Positions 28,501-36,238 of a stretch of DNA of 64,000 bases are shown here, one piece after another; positions within the stretch are counted from its first letter, which is position 1; each line of letters starts with the position of its first letter. The notes under the pieces are model-generated. The model was not told where the DNA came from. It ran no database searches and saw nothing but the letters and a program-made list of their open reading frames with translations. Source of the DNA: an uncultured Alphaproteobacteria bacterium (GTDB lineage: Bacteria > Pseudomonadota > Alphaproteobacteria > Rs-D84). Location of the stretch: contig CAMHTQ010000005.1 of the NCBI GenBank assembly GCA_946188105.1, positions 200 through 64,199 on the forward strand, given 5' to 3'. The translations under genes were made by a program, and so were the position numbers.

Positions 28501-28892
28501 AAGAAAAAAAGGTTTTGGCGGGTGATTTGCATGAAATAATTACTACTGAACGACGGAATCATGTTGGAAATACCATTGTTAATTATGATTTTGAATCAAG
28601 TTGGAGTTGGCAGGCTGGTAGTGGTACAAGTAGTAATGGTTTTAGATTTGTTTATGGCTTAAAAGGGGATTCTATTGAGGGGTTAGTTTCTATCGTGTTT
28701 CATGAAAACACACATGCCCTTCAAAAACTTGGAAAATCTGCTTTACCAAAACCTGTTGCAGATTGGAATGCAAGGTATTATGCAGATCCTAATAATTTTC
28801 CAAAATTATATTATGATAATGTTATTGAAATAGAGTCTTATCAAATAGGTAATGAGGCGGCAAAATATGTTATTAGGGCATTAGGGGTGTAA
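25554..28892 (+). CDS. large exported multidomain protein with C-terminal HExxH (zincin-like) module (1112 aa)
   Basis: ATGA overlap with the upstream gene. Signal peptide MKKIFCALFGVFVFVSAFA. Cys-rich N-terminal half; ~40-aa bilobed hydrophobic segment; three ~72-aa repeats; FHENTHALQ at 28698-28721. Confidence 0.7.
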   Translation: MKKIFCALFGVFVFVSAFAGVDGDGGTYKNVSSEMWISRYYIENLKKSAGSGGNLADDVVDAMLAKYDELAASEDIVMKTSVGNQYFTVLDGTEPLTLQDLNAICIAGGFTEKEACRTNVINPIYTNINRVSYHNVCKGEITGGTNHCVDDVFVKEYEYDEITKGEWHNARQEVADGKDPHINFHNSGLVINGDNYRYDQIETKTVTSKNPYAQDVEVSEWTAYGFALEYARLHGHRVVCSSNVEFNWINCTSVDNQHFYTFRFKDTYGGSDTSITDGFREKNVKNIARGICALFGINAYEGFHIVCEKQCDNEIQDVSKKFAMNAHSGEYYTGFANTHYGCAIDSIGDVYNDVKLKTYPRYEHMSTAFSKVQARLEPTLINVLKLYIKSQGIEIKSFTCAYNTINSKADYVLPCKLNGTDVDFLFDDLYETAEYAKKAGFAGMSCLTASATLGKVSNKKFTTKFDGKSCIGPDKEICDAMNNIVPGGTEWDADSDRCVLKAAEKAANINFVTTLIIDGVALAVTVVSGAGLVVIIVTAVSSVGVTLGSKWLEDFESTLPNEFAKEFVKKASACNIPEKIEYDKCSAIQKKCAKDALIEFDKSLGYIIDGTSTQTGEYIGQAAETLLQCVTEADLEDIEIKSTTRPEMDFVEASSAVLMVMGFASPSGSTKFTMFTKFHRLTKWLNKISYTSKLKKFKLGENLYRIKLTGKIPTEKLNSYIEKMKKNGFSVMLETDAKTGQQFFRVFETELDINSLKLKASQSFDNYLDEFLKTGRSNGLPVSRLTKEQWGQLSKHLEGQGVELYEDVMNGNRVMRFRKISSLDINSLKLKASQNFDRYLAEAMSSNPTFYMLPAGRLTESEWMQLNAFLKNQGVELVDSTRNGEKYKIFKLLGSKGEENWIFSKIYNDMPDEILNAKLKYIYEHSNGDIVSAVNALKASGIYDAQKVSELAQDLGKEAVIRIRNSGSNIIDRMKRYKYMTNEEKKVLAGDLHEIITTERRNHVGNTIVNYDFESSWSWQAGSGTSSNGFRFVYGLKGDSIEGLVSIVFHENTHALQKLGKSALPKPVADWNARYYADPNNFPKLYYDNVIEIESYQIGNEAAKYVIRALGV

Positions 28893-28904
28893 TAAAATAA
28901 GTTC

Positions 28905-28932
28905 TTGCGTTTTGGGAAATTTAAGATATAAT
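28905..28932 (+). promoter_or_regulatory. sigma70-like promoter (TTGCGT-16 nt-TATAAT) for the tRNA-Gly/tRNA-Tyr pair
   Basis: Consensus -10, located 21 nt upstream of the tRNA-Gly 5' end. Confidence 0.5.
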
Positions 28933-28952
28933 AGCTGGGCTTTGGATTTGTT

Positions 28953-29027
28953 GCGAGCATAGTACAAGGGCTAGTACGCAAGCCTTCCAAGCTTGATATG
29001 CGGGTTCGAGTCCCGCTGCTCGCACCA
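28953..29027 (+). tRNA. tRNA-Gly (UCC), CCA encoded
   Basis: GCGAGCA/TGCTCGC acceptor; anticodon stem CAAGC/GCTTG with loop CTTCCAA; T-arm GCGGG-TTCGAGT-CCCGC. Confidence 0.92.
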
Positions 29028-29034
29028 TGGGATT

Positions 29035-29121
29035 GGGCGTGCGCCGGAGTTGGAGAGCCGGGGCAGACTGTAAATCTGTTGTCTTATGACTGAGGTGGTT
29101 CGAATCCACCCACTCCCACCA
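29035..29121 (+). tRNA. tRNA-Tyr (GUA), type II with long variable arm, CCA encoded
   Basis: Anticodon stem GCAGA/TCTGT with loop CTGTAAA; variable arm GTC-TTAT-GAC; T-arm GGTGG-TTCGAAT-CCACC. Acceptor GGGCGTG/CACTCCC has one C-U mismatch. The 5' end is uncertain by a few nt because GGGATTG at 29029 is an alternative. Confidence 0.8.
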
Positions 29122-29130
29122 AAAATAGAA

Positions 29131-29154
29131 AACGACCGAAATGGTCGTTTTTTA
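29131..29154. terminator. bidirectional rho-independent terminator
   Basis: AACGACC-GAAAT-GGTCGTT followed by a T-run. Lies between tRNA-Tyr (+) and the lipoprotein gene (-). Confidence 0.75.
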
Positions 29155-29159
29155 TTTAG

Positions 29160-29597
29160 TTAATCTTTATTCTTTTCTTCTGGGGTATAATAATCCGAAA
29201 CTTTATAATAATTTGAGGCCGTTTTAGTTTCGGTTTTGGTTAAAAACATAATTGTATAATATTGAGCATGTTTTACTATTTCATATGGAACAAAAACACC
29301 ATTAGAAATATAACCACTTGTAGTTTTTTCTGTATCACCTGTATTTGCTAACATTGAAAAATATTGATAACCATTATCATTTACAAATTTCGCCGTATTT
29401 TGCATACAATTATCTTTTACAAACTGATAACTAGCATAACCGTTTCCGCCACAAAATATACGATACAACTTACCGTCTAATTTTTCATATCCAGCACCCA
29501 AAACTTCGTTTGTCCGTAATTGTTCAACTTCAAATCCTGCATGTGGTGTCGCACAGCCGTATAAAAATAATATACTAAAAATAAGAATTTTTTTCAT
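29160..29597 (-). CDS. lipoprotein (145 aa)
   Basis: MKKILIFSILFLYGC lipobox. Confidence 0.6.
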   Translation of the reverse strand: MKKILIFSILFLYGCATPHAGFEVEQLRTNEVLGAGYEKLDGKLYRIFCGGNGYASYQFVKDNCMQNTAKFVNDNGYQYFSMLANTGDTEKTTSGYISNGVFVPYEIVKHAQYYTIMFLTKTETKTASNYYKVSDYYTPEEKNKD

Positions 29598-29707
29598 AAA
29601 AGAACCTTTTATGCATTTAATAATATTATATATAATTCAACTTTAATTGTCTAACCATTTATCTTTAAACACTTTCACCAGTTGTATTAAATTGGAAAAT
29701 TCTGGAG

Positions 29708-30385
29708 CTATTTACGATACTTGTCATATTCTGATGAGTTTGGTTTTATCAATCTGCATGAAGGTTTGTTTGCACGCAGGTTGCCATAGACATCTATAAA
29801 TGCACCCCAATTTTTTGTACGGTTCCAATCCAGACCCAATGTTTCAAATGCCGCCTGTTGATTTGGAATTGCTGTATATTTAGTACATTCTATGGGTTTT
29901 ATAAATTCTGTCTTTTTATAAAGTTCGGTGTTTCTGGTTAATATTCCATCCAATTCTTTTTGTGGAGATAAATATCGGCCCTCGCTTTCGCGGGTTGGAA
30001 CATTTGCTTTTTCGCATTTGTCCGAGTCGATTGAAAAACGTTCATATTTTGTACAATCTTCATATTTTTTTGTGCATACACTTGCATATATTGGTACCAC
30101 GGTTTCAAAGTCATCGGTTTGTCTGAAATATCCGCTGGGGACAGAGATGCAGTACGCATCAGTATATTCTTGGCGATAACATTTTTTCGTGTTGGCGGAC
30201 AGTCCCATTTCAAAATGTTCTTTTAAACTTTTTTTACATTCTTTTTTGGTTGGATAACATACGTCTTGCCAATATGCACCATGTGATGCCCAGAATGCAT
30301 AACAATAATTTGTGTCTGGGGTGTCGCTGGAACCAAAAATACCAAATATTGAAAAAAGGGTTAAGGCAGGTGCAGATATTAACAT
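29708..30385 (-). CDS. secreted Cys-rich protein (225 aa)
   Basis: Hydrophobic N-terminus; about 12 Cys; no recognised family. Confidence 0.5.
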   Translation of the reverse strand: MLISAPALTLFSIFGIFGSSDTPDTNYCYAFWASHGAYWQDVCYPTKKECKKSLKEHFEMGLSANTKKCYRQEYTDAYCISVPSGYFRQTDDFETVVPIYASVCTKKYEDCTKYERFSIDSDKCEKANVPTRESEGRYLSPQKELDGILTRNTELYKKTEFIKPIECTKYTAIPNQQAAFETLGLDWNRTKNWGAFIDVYGNLRANKPSCRLIKPNSSEYDKYRK

Positions 30386-30526
30386 AGTATAAATTCCTTT
30401 TGTTATGTTTTGATTATATTCTAATACTGGAATGAATTCAACTAGTTACATCGGGATTGTAAATTGGCTTTTATTTTTTATTTCATGTTAGTATAATGTT
30501 CCTGTATAAACAATGGAGGTGTAATT

Positions 30527-30937
30527 ATGTTGAAAAAGATTTTATGTGTATGTTCGGTTGTTACTTTGACTGCTTGCGATAATGTTGATATTTCCAGATA
30601 TCCTGAAAGTATTCAAAATTGTTATAATGAGATAATCTATGAAGATAATAATTGCACAACCAGTAAGAAAACTATTGTTAGATATTGTCAATGTACAGAT
30701 GGTAAGCAAGCAGATTTAGATGCAAAATGGAATGAATTGAATAGAGGGTTGCGTGCGGCCAGAGCGGGCGGATTTTTCAAAGGTAATGCGGGGGGATTGG
30801 TTCGGTTTGGATTACAAAATAGTGCCAGAGCCCAATATGATGCGTATGCAGAAAAATTGTTTGATGAATGTGCCAAAAAAACTGGATATACCCGTATAAA
30901 AAATTGTCCAAAGAAAGAAACCAAAAAAGATAAATAA
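30527..30937 (+). CDS. lipoprotein (136 aa)
   Basis: MLKKILCVCSVVTLTAC lipobox; SD GGAGGTG upstream. Confidence 0.6.
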   Translation: MLKKILCVCSVVTLTACDNVDISRYPESIQNCYNEIIYEDNNCTTSKKTIVRYCQCTDGKQADLDAKWNELNRGLRAARAGGFFKGNAGGLVRFGLQNSARAQYDAYAEKLFDECAKKTGYTRIKNCPKKETKKDK

Positions 30938-30948
30938 TGGAGGTGAAA

Positions 30949-31683
30949 ATGACTGCGGCTGAAATTGGTGGTTTTTTTGGGGCTTTTATAATTACTGGTC
31001 TGATACGGTATGCGTATAAGAATTGGTATAGAAAACACAAAGATAGCACAGATCCGGTTATGCCGAATTTGTTGTCTTTTGTTACAATTATTTTGTTGTT
31101 TGGACTTATCAATACATATAAATATGGATTGGTGTTGGCTTTGTTCGTTGCAGTGATTAGATATTTCTGGGCTCAGTTGTGTTGGTTGGGTATCGATTGC
31201 TTTATTGAATATAAAAAGAAAGTCCAAAATATGACAAAATATATTTTGATAATTGGTGCATCAATTATTTGTTTTTGTTGTATAAAAATCGGTGTTGTTG
31301 CATATGTATCAAAAACAATTGTTCCAGATATTATCAATAAATCTGTGTTGTCTTGTTGGGCAACAGCCGCAGAAAATTTCTGTAAAGATTCTGGGTATAT
31401 GCCAAATGACTATATAAAAATGTTACGTGGTTTTGAAAAAATAAACTTGGTTGAACGTAGTGGATTTAAGGGGGCGGCCTATGCAATGGAAACAAGTTGT
31501 ATAAGGACGGCAACAGAACAATTCTATAACCAGATGAAATATACCTATGCATCAAAACAAGAAATTTGTTATGAAATAGATTTAACATCACCGTTTGATG
31601 TTAAAGATTCATTGGAAGCGGCATCAACAATTATTACATCTGGGGCCAGAAATTTAATGGCAAAAGAAATATTGAGACATTAA
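30949..31683 (+). CDS. integral membrane protein (about 4 TM plus C-terminal soluble domain)
   Basis: SD GGAGGTG 5 nt before ATG 30949. The ORF-track start 30937 overlaps the preceding stop. Confidence 0.55.
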   Translation: MTAAEIGGFFGAFIITGLIRYAYKNWYRKHKDSTDPVMPNLLSFVTIILLFGLINTYKYGLVLALFVAVIRYFWAQLCWLGIDCFIEYKKKVQNMTKYILIIGASIICFCCIKIGVVAYVSKTIVPDIINKSVLSCWATAAENFCKDSGYMPNDYIKMLRGFEKINLVERSGFKGAAYAMETSCIRTATEQFYNQMKYTYASKQEICYEIDLTSPFDVKDSLEAASTIITSGARNLMAKEILRH

Positions 31684-31698
31684 AAAAATTCGCCAGAT

Positions 31699-32052
31699 TT
31701 ATTTCTGACGGATTATTATATGTTTAAACCATTGTTCTTGGAAATTGGTTTTTTCTTCGATATCTTGGTCTGATGGATTTTGACCGTCTGGGGCAACAAC
31801 CAATTTGTCGTCGTTGTCGTCTGTGCGGTGAATGATTGCGTACACACGACCTGTGAATGTATCAAGTGGAATTGTTGGACCAATAACGTATGCATCCAGT
31901 TCTTCGCCATCGCCAGAGATTGTGTTTGGAATAAAGCCGTAATTGACAGGATATGTAAAACCAAATTTTGGATGTTTAGTTCCAAGTGGGCGATCCATTT
32001 TTACAGTAACTATTTTACCTAGAAATGTATTTGATGATGTTGGTGTTGTCAT
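31699..32052 (-). CDS. short inorganic pyrophosphatase-like protein (117 aa)
   Basis: YPVNYGFIPNTISGDGEELDAYV matches the family I PPase core (YPxNYGFIPxT..DGDPLD). Shorter than the canonical ~175 aa. Confidence 0.55.
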   Translation of the reverse strand: MTTPTSSNTFLGKIVTVKMDRPLGTKHPKFGFTYPVNYGFIPNTISGDGEELDAYVIGPTIPLDTFTGRVYAIIHRTDDNDDKLVVAPDGQNPSDQDIEEKTNFQEQWFKHIIIRQK

Positions 32053-32070
32053 GGTGTAAATCCTTATGGT

Positions 32071-32376
32071 TTATTTTTTGGTTGGTAATTCGTGGTATAT
32101 GGAATTAAATAGATGTATCAAAAGTTCGGTATTTTCGGGATCTGGAACCATCAGCATTGGTTTTCCACCGTTGTAGGGTAATTCCATTTTTGCATCTGGT
32201 AAAATTTTCAATGCAGATGCAGTTGGTTTTAATAACAGGCGGTTATCATAAATTCCACCAATTATTTTATCGCGATAATAAATAATGTATTCACCCATCA
32301 TTGCACGATATCTGATATCGGGTAGGGCGGACAGTTGTTCAAGAACGAAATCTAGAAATTCTTTGCTGGATGCCAT
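32071..32376 (-). CDS. TfoX N-terminal domain protein
   Basis: KEFLDFVLEQL...RYRAMMGEYIIYYRDKIIGGIYDNRLLLK pattern typical of TfoX_N. Confidence 0.55.
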   Translation of the reverse strand: MASSKEFLDFVLEQLSALPDIRYRAMMGEYIIYYRDKIIGGIYDNRLLLKPTASALKILPDAKMELPYNGGKPMLMVPDPENTELLIHLFNSIYHELPTKK

Positions 32377-32468
32377 GTCATGATTATAGCAATCATTATT
32401 TTGAAAATCAAATTTTGGTTGTTATTAGGATTTTATGTATGTTATTATCTGACTAAAAGGGGGTGGTG

Positions 32469-32720
32469 ATGTCAAAAATTTGTCAAAGTTGTGCTATGCC
32501 AATGGATGATGAAAAGGTTTTTGGAACAGAAAAAGATGGTTCTAAAAATTCTGATTATTGTATTTATTGTTATAAAAATGGTGAGTTCATAGATAAAGTT
32601 TCTATGGAACAATATATCGAAATGATGGTGCCTTTTGCGGCTCAGGCAAATATGACACCTGATGAAATGCGTCGTCATTGTGAAACGGTATTTCCGACAT
32701 TGAAAAGATGGAAAAAATAA
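32469..32720 (+). CDS. zinc-ribbon domain protein
   Basis: CQSC...CIYC four-Cys arrangement in ~84 aa. SD AAGGGGG upstream. Confidence 0.55.
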   Translation: MSKICQSCAMPMDDEKVFGTEKDGSKNSDYCIYCYKNGEFIDKVSMEQYIEMMVPFAAQANMTPDEMRRHCETVFPTLKRWKK

Positions 32721-32735
32721 AAATTGGGGGACATT

Positions 32736-33890
32736 ATGAAATATAAAAAAGTATCTCTGTTTGGTTGCTTGGGTGTGTTATGTGTATGCGCGGGTGCCTA
32801 TGTTTTATCCAGACCCAGTTTGGATGAAATGGTTGGACAGATGATACTGACAGGATTTCATGGCGACGGTATGGGGGAAAATCCTGAAAGTTTTGCAGAA
32901 ATAGAAAAACAAGTTGCCCAAGGAAAAGTTGGTGGTGTTATTTTGTTTGATGTCGATCTTTCTGGGTTGGTTGCAAAGGGGATGAGTGTCCAAGATGCCA
33001 AGAAACAGATTTTTTCTTCTAATATAAAAAATATGACACAGTTGAAAAATTTAACAACGCATTTGCAAGGTATTGCCCCAGATACTTTGTTGATTTCTGT
33101 GGATCAAGAGGGCGGAAATATTCAGAGGTTAAAACCAGAACACGGATTTGATTCTGTGCCGTCTGCAAAAGATATGGCAACGATGGATGTGGATGCGGTG
33201 TATAAGGTTGTATATGATTTAGGATTGCGTTTGTCTGATTTGGGAATCAATGTTGATTTTGCACCATTGTTGGATGTAAATGTAAATCCAGAATCGCCAG
33301 CCATTGGTGCCAAGGACAGAAGTTTTTCAAGTAATCCAGATGTGGTTGCAAAATATGGTGCCATATATGCCAAAGGTTTAAATGATGCACATGTTATTGG
33401 TTCTTTTAAACATTTCCCAGGACATGGCAGTGCCACCGGTGATACACATGCTGGTATTACCGATGTGACAGATACTTACCAGGATTATGAATTGCAACCT
33501 TGGAAAGATTTATTAAAGGATGCCTCGCCTTGTATGACGGTTATGGTTGCACATGTTATAAATAATAAAATTGATACTTTGCCTGCATCGTTATCAAAAA
33601 AGACAATCCAAATGATTAGAGATATGGGATTTGACGGTGTTGTTGTTTCTGATGATATGGATATGGGTGCAATCGTCAATCAGTACGGTGTGGATACTGT
33701 GATAGAAATGGCGATAAATGCCGGAAATGATATTTTGGTTTTTGGAAATAATTTAACATTTAATGTTAAACGCGGAGAGGAAGTTCATAATGCTATTGTG
33801 AAAATGGTGCGTGAGGGTAAAATAAAAAAATCTAGAATTCGTGAATCTTATAACAGAATTCAAAAAATGAAAAAGTGTATTGCAAGATAG
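32736..33890 (+). CDS. exported glycoside hydrolase family 3 / beta-N-acetylhexosaminidase (NagZ-like)
   Basis: KHFPGHG and VVSDDMDMGA motifs. N-terminal signal or anchor. ATG 32736 preferred over TTG 32724. Confidence 0.8.
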   Translation: MKYKKVSLFGCLGVLCVCAGAYVLSRPSLDEMVGQMILTGFHGDGMGENPESFAEIEKQVAQGKVGGVILFDVDLSGLVAKGMSVQDAKKQIFSSNIKNMTQLKNLTTHLQGIAPDTLLISVDQEGGNIQRLKPEHGFDSVPSAKDMATMDVDAVYKVVYDLGLRLSDLGINVDFAPLLDVNVNPESPAIGAKDRSFSSNPDVVAKYGAIYAKGLNDAHVIGSFKHFPGHGSATGDTHAGITDVTDTYQDYELQPWKDLLKDASPCMTVMVAHVINNKIDTLPASLSKKTIQMIRDMGFDGVVVSDDMDMGAIVNQYGVDTVIEMAINAGNDILVFGNNLTFNVKRGEEVHNAIVKMVREGKIKKSRIRESYNRIQKMKKCIAR

Positions 33891-33957
33891 AGTTTGTTAT
33901 TTGATTTTTTCAAGATTTTTATTTAGTATGTTTCTGTGAGAGAGACGGGAGAGAAAA

Positions 33958-34572
33958 ATGAAACTGAAAATAATTTTAATGATTATTGTTGTCTTTATTG
34001 TTGGAGGTTTATTGACTATGAAAAATTATAGAGAGGAACAAAGTACAGATTATTCAGATAAAAAAGTTTTGGTGGCTTATTTTTCCCGAACTGGCGAACA
34101 ATACAGTGTTGGTAATATAACCGAGGGTAATACTGCTATTGTTGCAAAAATTATTGCCGAAAAAACTGATGGCGATTTATTTGAAATCCAAGTTGTAGAT
34201 GATAATTACCCAACAACATATAAAGAACTTACTGAATATGCTGAAAAGGAAATGCAAGAAAATGCCAGACCTGAGATAGTTGGCGAAATCGAAAATTTTG
34301 CTGATTATGATGTTGTGTTTATTGGATATCCTATTTGGTGGGGTGATAAACCAATGCCGGTTTATACATTTATTGAAAATTATGATTTTAATGGAAAATT
34401 TATTGTCCCATTTGCAACACATGAGGGCAGTGGTTTTATGGGAACCCAAGGATTTGCCGAGACAGGTGCCAGGGTTTTAAATGGGTTGGGTATTTATGGT
34501 CATGTTGCCCAAACAAATAAAGAACAAACTGAAAAGCTGGTTACGGAATGGCTGGATAATTTGAATTTGTAA
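33958..34572 (+). CDS. membrane-anchored flavodoxin-like protein
   Basis: N-terminal TM; VLVAYFSRTGE and YPIWWGDKPMP motifs of the flavodoxin_4 type. Confidence 0.65.
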   Translation: MKLKIILMIIVVFIVGGLLTMKNYREEQSTDYSDKKVLVAYFSRTGEQYSVGNITEGNTAIVAKIIAEKTDGDLFEIQVVDDNYPTTYKELTEYAEKEMQENARPEIVGEIENFADYDVVFIGYPIWWGDKPMPVYTFIENYDFNGKFIVPFATHEGSGFMGTQGFAETGARVLNGLGIYGHVAQTNKEQTEKLVTEWLDNLNL

Positions 34573-34580
34573 TAAAAAAA

Positions 34581-34612
34581 AACTCTGTGTTTTTACACAG
34601 AGTTTTTTTTAT
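34581..34612. terminator. bidirectional rho-independent terminator
   Basis: AACTCTGTGT-TTTT-ACACAGAGTT flanked by A9 and T8 runs, between convergent genes. Confidence 0.8.
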
Positions 34613-36189
34613 TCGTTTATTTCAACAGAATCAATCAAAGTTTTATTGATAGATTCCAGTTTAACTGGTTTATATTCGGAATCTATAATTTCTTTGTTGT
34701 CGTTATCATTTGTTACGACCGTTACAACATTTGGCTGTATGTGTTGTTGTGTTTCAGTCATATTTACACCGAATGTTTTTGATTTGTATTTGCTGCGGAA
34801 TCTTTCTGGGATTTTTATAAAATCATTTGGATTTATTCCGCGTGTTTGCAAAGACATTTCAGATGCCGGTGTTATGTGTCTTTGTTCAATGTTATAAATT
34901 GGATTTATAAAGTTTTCAGGTGCAGGGCGAACAACAACAGGTGTGCCTGAACCGTTCAGTTGTAATACACGTAATCCACGTTCACTATCACCATTTGGTT
35001 TTAAACGAACAATTCCATCCATTCCGGCATAACCACTGGGGTCCAGTAAATATGCCGCAGGTTTTTTATTTGAATATACGGTTCCCATTGCTATATTTGT
35101 TGCATCGTAACCAAATGTTGCAAGACGTGATGGTATTGTGCCGTATGTTTGTTTGTATAAATTTACAAAGTTTTGGTTTTGTTCTGGTAATGCCGCATAT
35201 TTTGTTCCCATCATTGTATAATCAGATGCGATGTCTGTGCCGTCAAGCAGAGCGCTGCCATAAAAACGGACATTACGGGAATCAGCACCATAATAACGCA
35301 AGAACGATCCTAGGGTTTTTGTGTCATCAGATGATCCAAGGAATAAAACCGCAGAATATGGTAATGAGCCAATGGTGTCTGTTTTTGAAAGTTTATCCAG
35401 TTGGTAATACAGACTGGATTTTTCAATACTGGTTAAATTTTCGTTTGTCAGTATGTCAGACAAAACTGTGCGGGCACGTTTGTGTGCAGCCGTACGTGCA
35501 TTATACATAGATGCATGCATACTGGTTTCTTTTAAATTGTCGTTGTCATGTTCGTTATATAAAAATACACCAGTAACCGCAGGACCATAGATTTCTGCAG
35601 CACGTTTTGCGGTGCCGGCCATAATTTTACCGGAATCTGTATTTGGGGCCATTATGATAAAGTTTTGTATCCCATCGTAAAACATTTCACGAACAATCAA
35701 TTCAACACTGTTTGTTGGCATCAATGCCACGGTCATTACACCATCGCCAACGGCATTTGCATCTGAGGTAAATGAAATGGCAGGCATATCATCAGGTTTT
35801 GTTGTGCGTAACATTTGGGCATTTGCAGAAAATAATGGCCCGATAATTATGTCGGGTTCGGCTTCTAATGCCGTATTGATGGCATCAGATGGGTTTTTCG
35901 CGGTATCATAAAAGGTTACGTCCAAATTGCTCAAAGAATGTTGTAATAATGCCAATTCCATCGCGTTTCTGATTTCACGACCAGCGGCAGATGCCGAGCC
36001 AGTTGTTGGCAATAAAACAGCAATACTGTGTTGGGTATCACTGGAATCCTGGGTGGAATATGATCCGTATTGCATTTGGATTGGGGTTCCTGTTGGACTG
36101 TTGGTATATTCAGCATTCCAATCGTGGTTAGAACCGGCGCATCCAGCCAATATTAAACAAGATACAAATAATTTAAAAAATCTATTCAT
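34609..36189 (-). CDS. LpoA-like lipoprotein (penicillin-binding protein activator, periplasmic-binding fold)
   Basis: Lipobox LILAGC. IAVLLPTTGSASAAGREIRNAMELAL as in the LpoA C-domain. Divergent from rsmI, as lpoA/yraM is in E. coli. Confidence 0.65.
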   Translation of the reverse strand: MNRFFKLFVSCLILAGCAGSNHDWNAEYTNSPTGTPIQMQYGSYSTQDSSDTQHSIAVLLPTTGSASAAGREIRNAMELALLQHSLSNLDVTFYDTAKNPSDAINTALEAEPDIIIGPLFSANAQMLRTTKPDDMPAISFTSDANAVGDGVMTVALMPTNSVELIVREMFYDGIQNFIIMAPNTDSGKIMAGTAKRAAEIYGPAVTGVFLYNEHDNDNLKETSMHASMYNARTAAHKRARTVLSDILTNENLTSIEKSSLYYQLDKLSKTDTIGSLPYSAVLFLGSSDDTKTLGSFLRYYGADSRNVRFYGSALLDGTDIASDYTMMGTKYAALPEQNQNFVNLYKQTYGTIPSRLATFGYDATNIAMGTVYSNKKPAAYLLDPSGYAGMDGIVRLKPNGDSERGLRVLQLNGSGTPVVVRPAPENFINPIYNIEQRHITPASEMSLQTRGINPNDFIKIPERFRSKYKSKTFGVNMTETQQHIQPNVVTVVTNDNDNKEIIDSEYKPVKLESINKTLIDSVEINE

Positions 36190-36238
36190 TGAAAAACCCT
36201 ATTTGTTTTAGTATTATTCTACTATAAAAGGATTAAAA

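Noticed and set aside
28921-29109. 62-aa minus-strand ORF
   Set aside because: It is fully covered by the plus-strand tRNA-Gly and tRNA-Tyr genes, so the ORF is fortuitous.
31699-32052. Truncated pyrophosphatase as a pseudogene
   Set aside because: The ORF is intact, with a start and flanking genes tightly spaced. Short PPase-like proteins of this size exist as a family, and I see no remnant of missing N-terminal coding sequence upstream.
34920-35510. 196-aa ORF on the plus strand
   Set aside because: It lies entirely antisense to the well-supported lpoA-like gene. Its composition is odd (His/Cys/Gln-rich) and it has no start context, so it is a shadow ORF.
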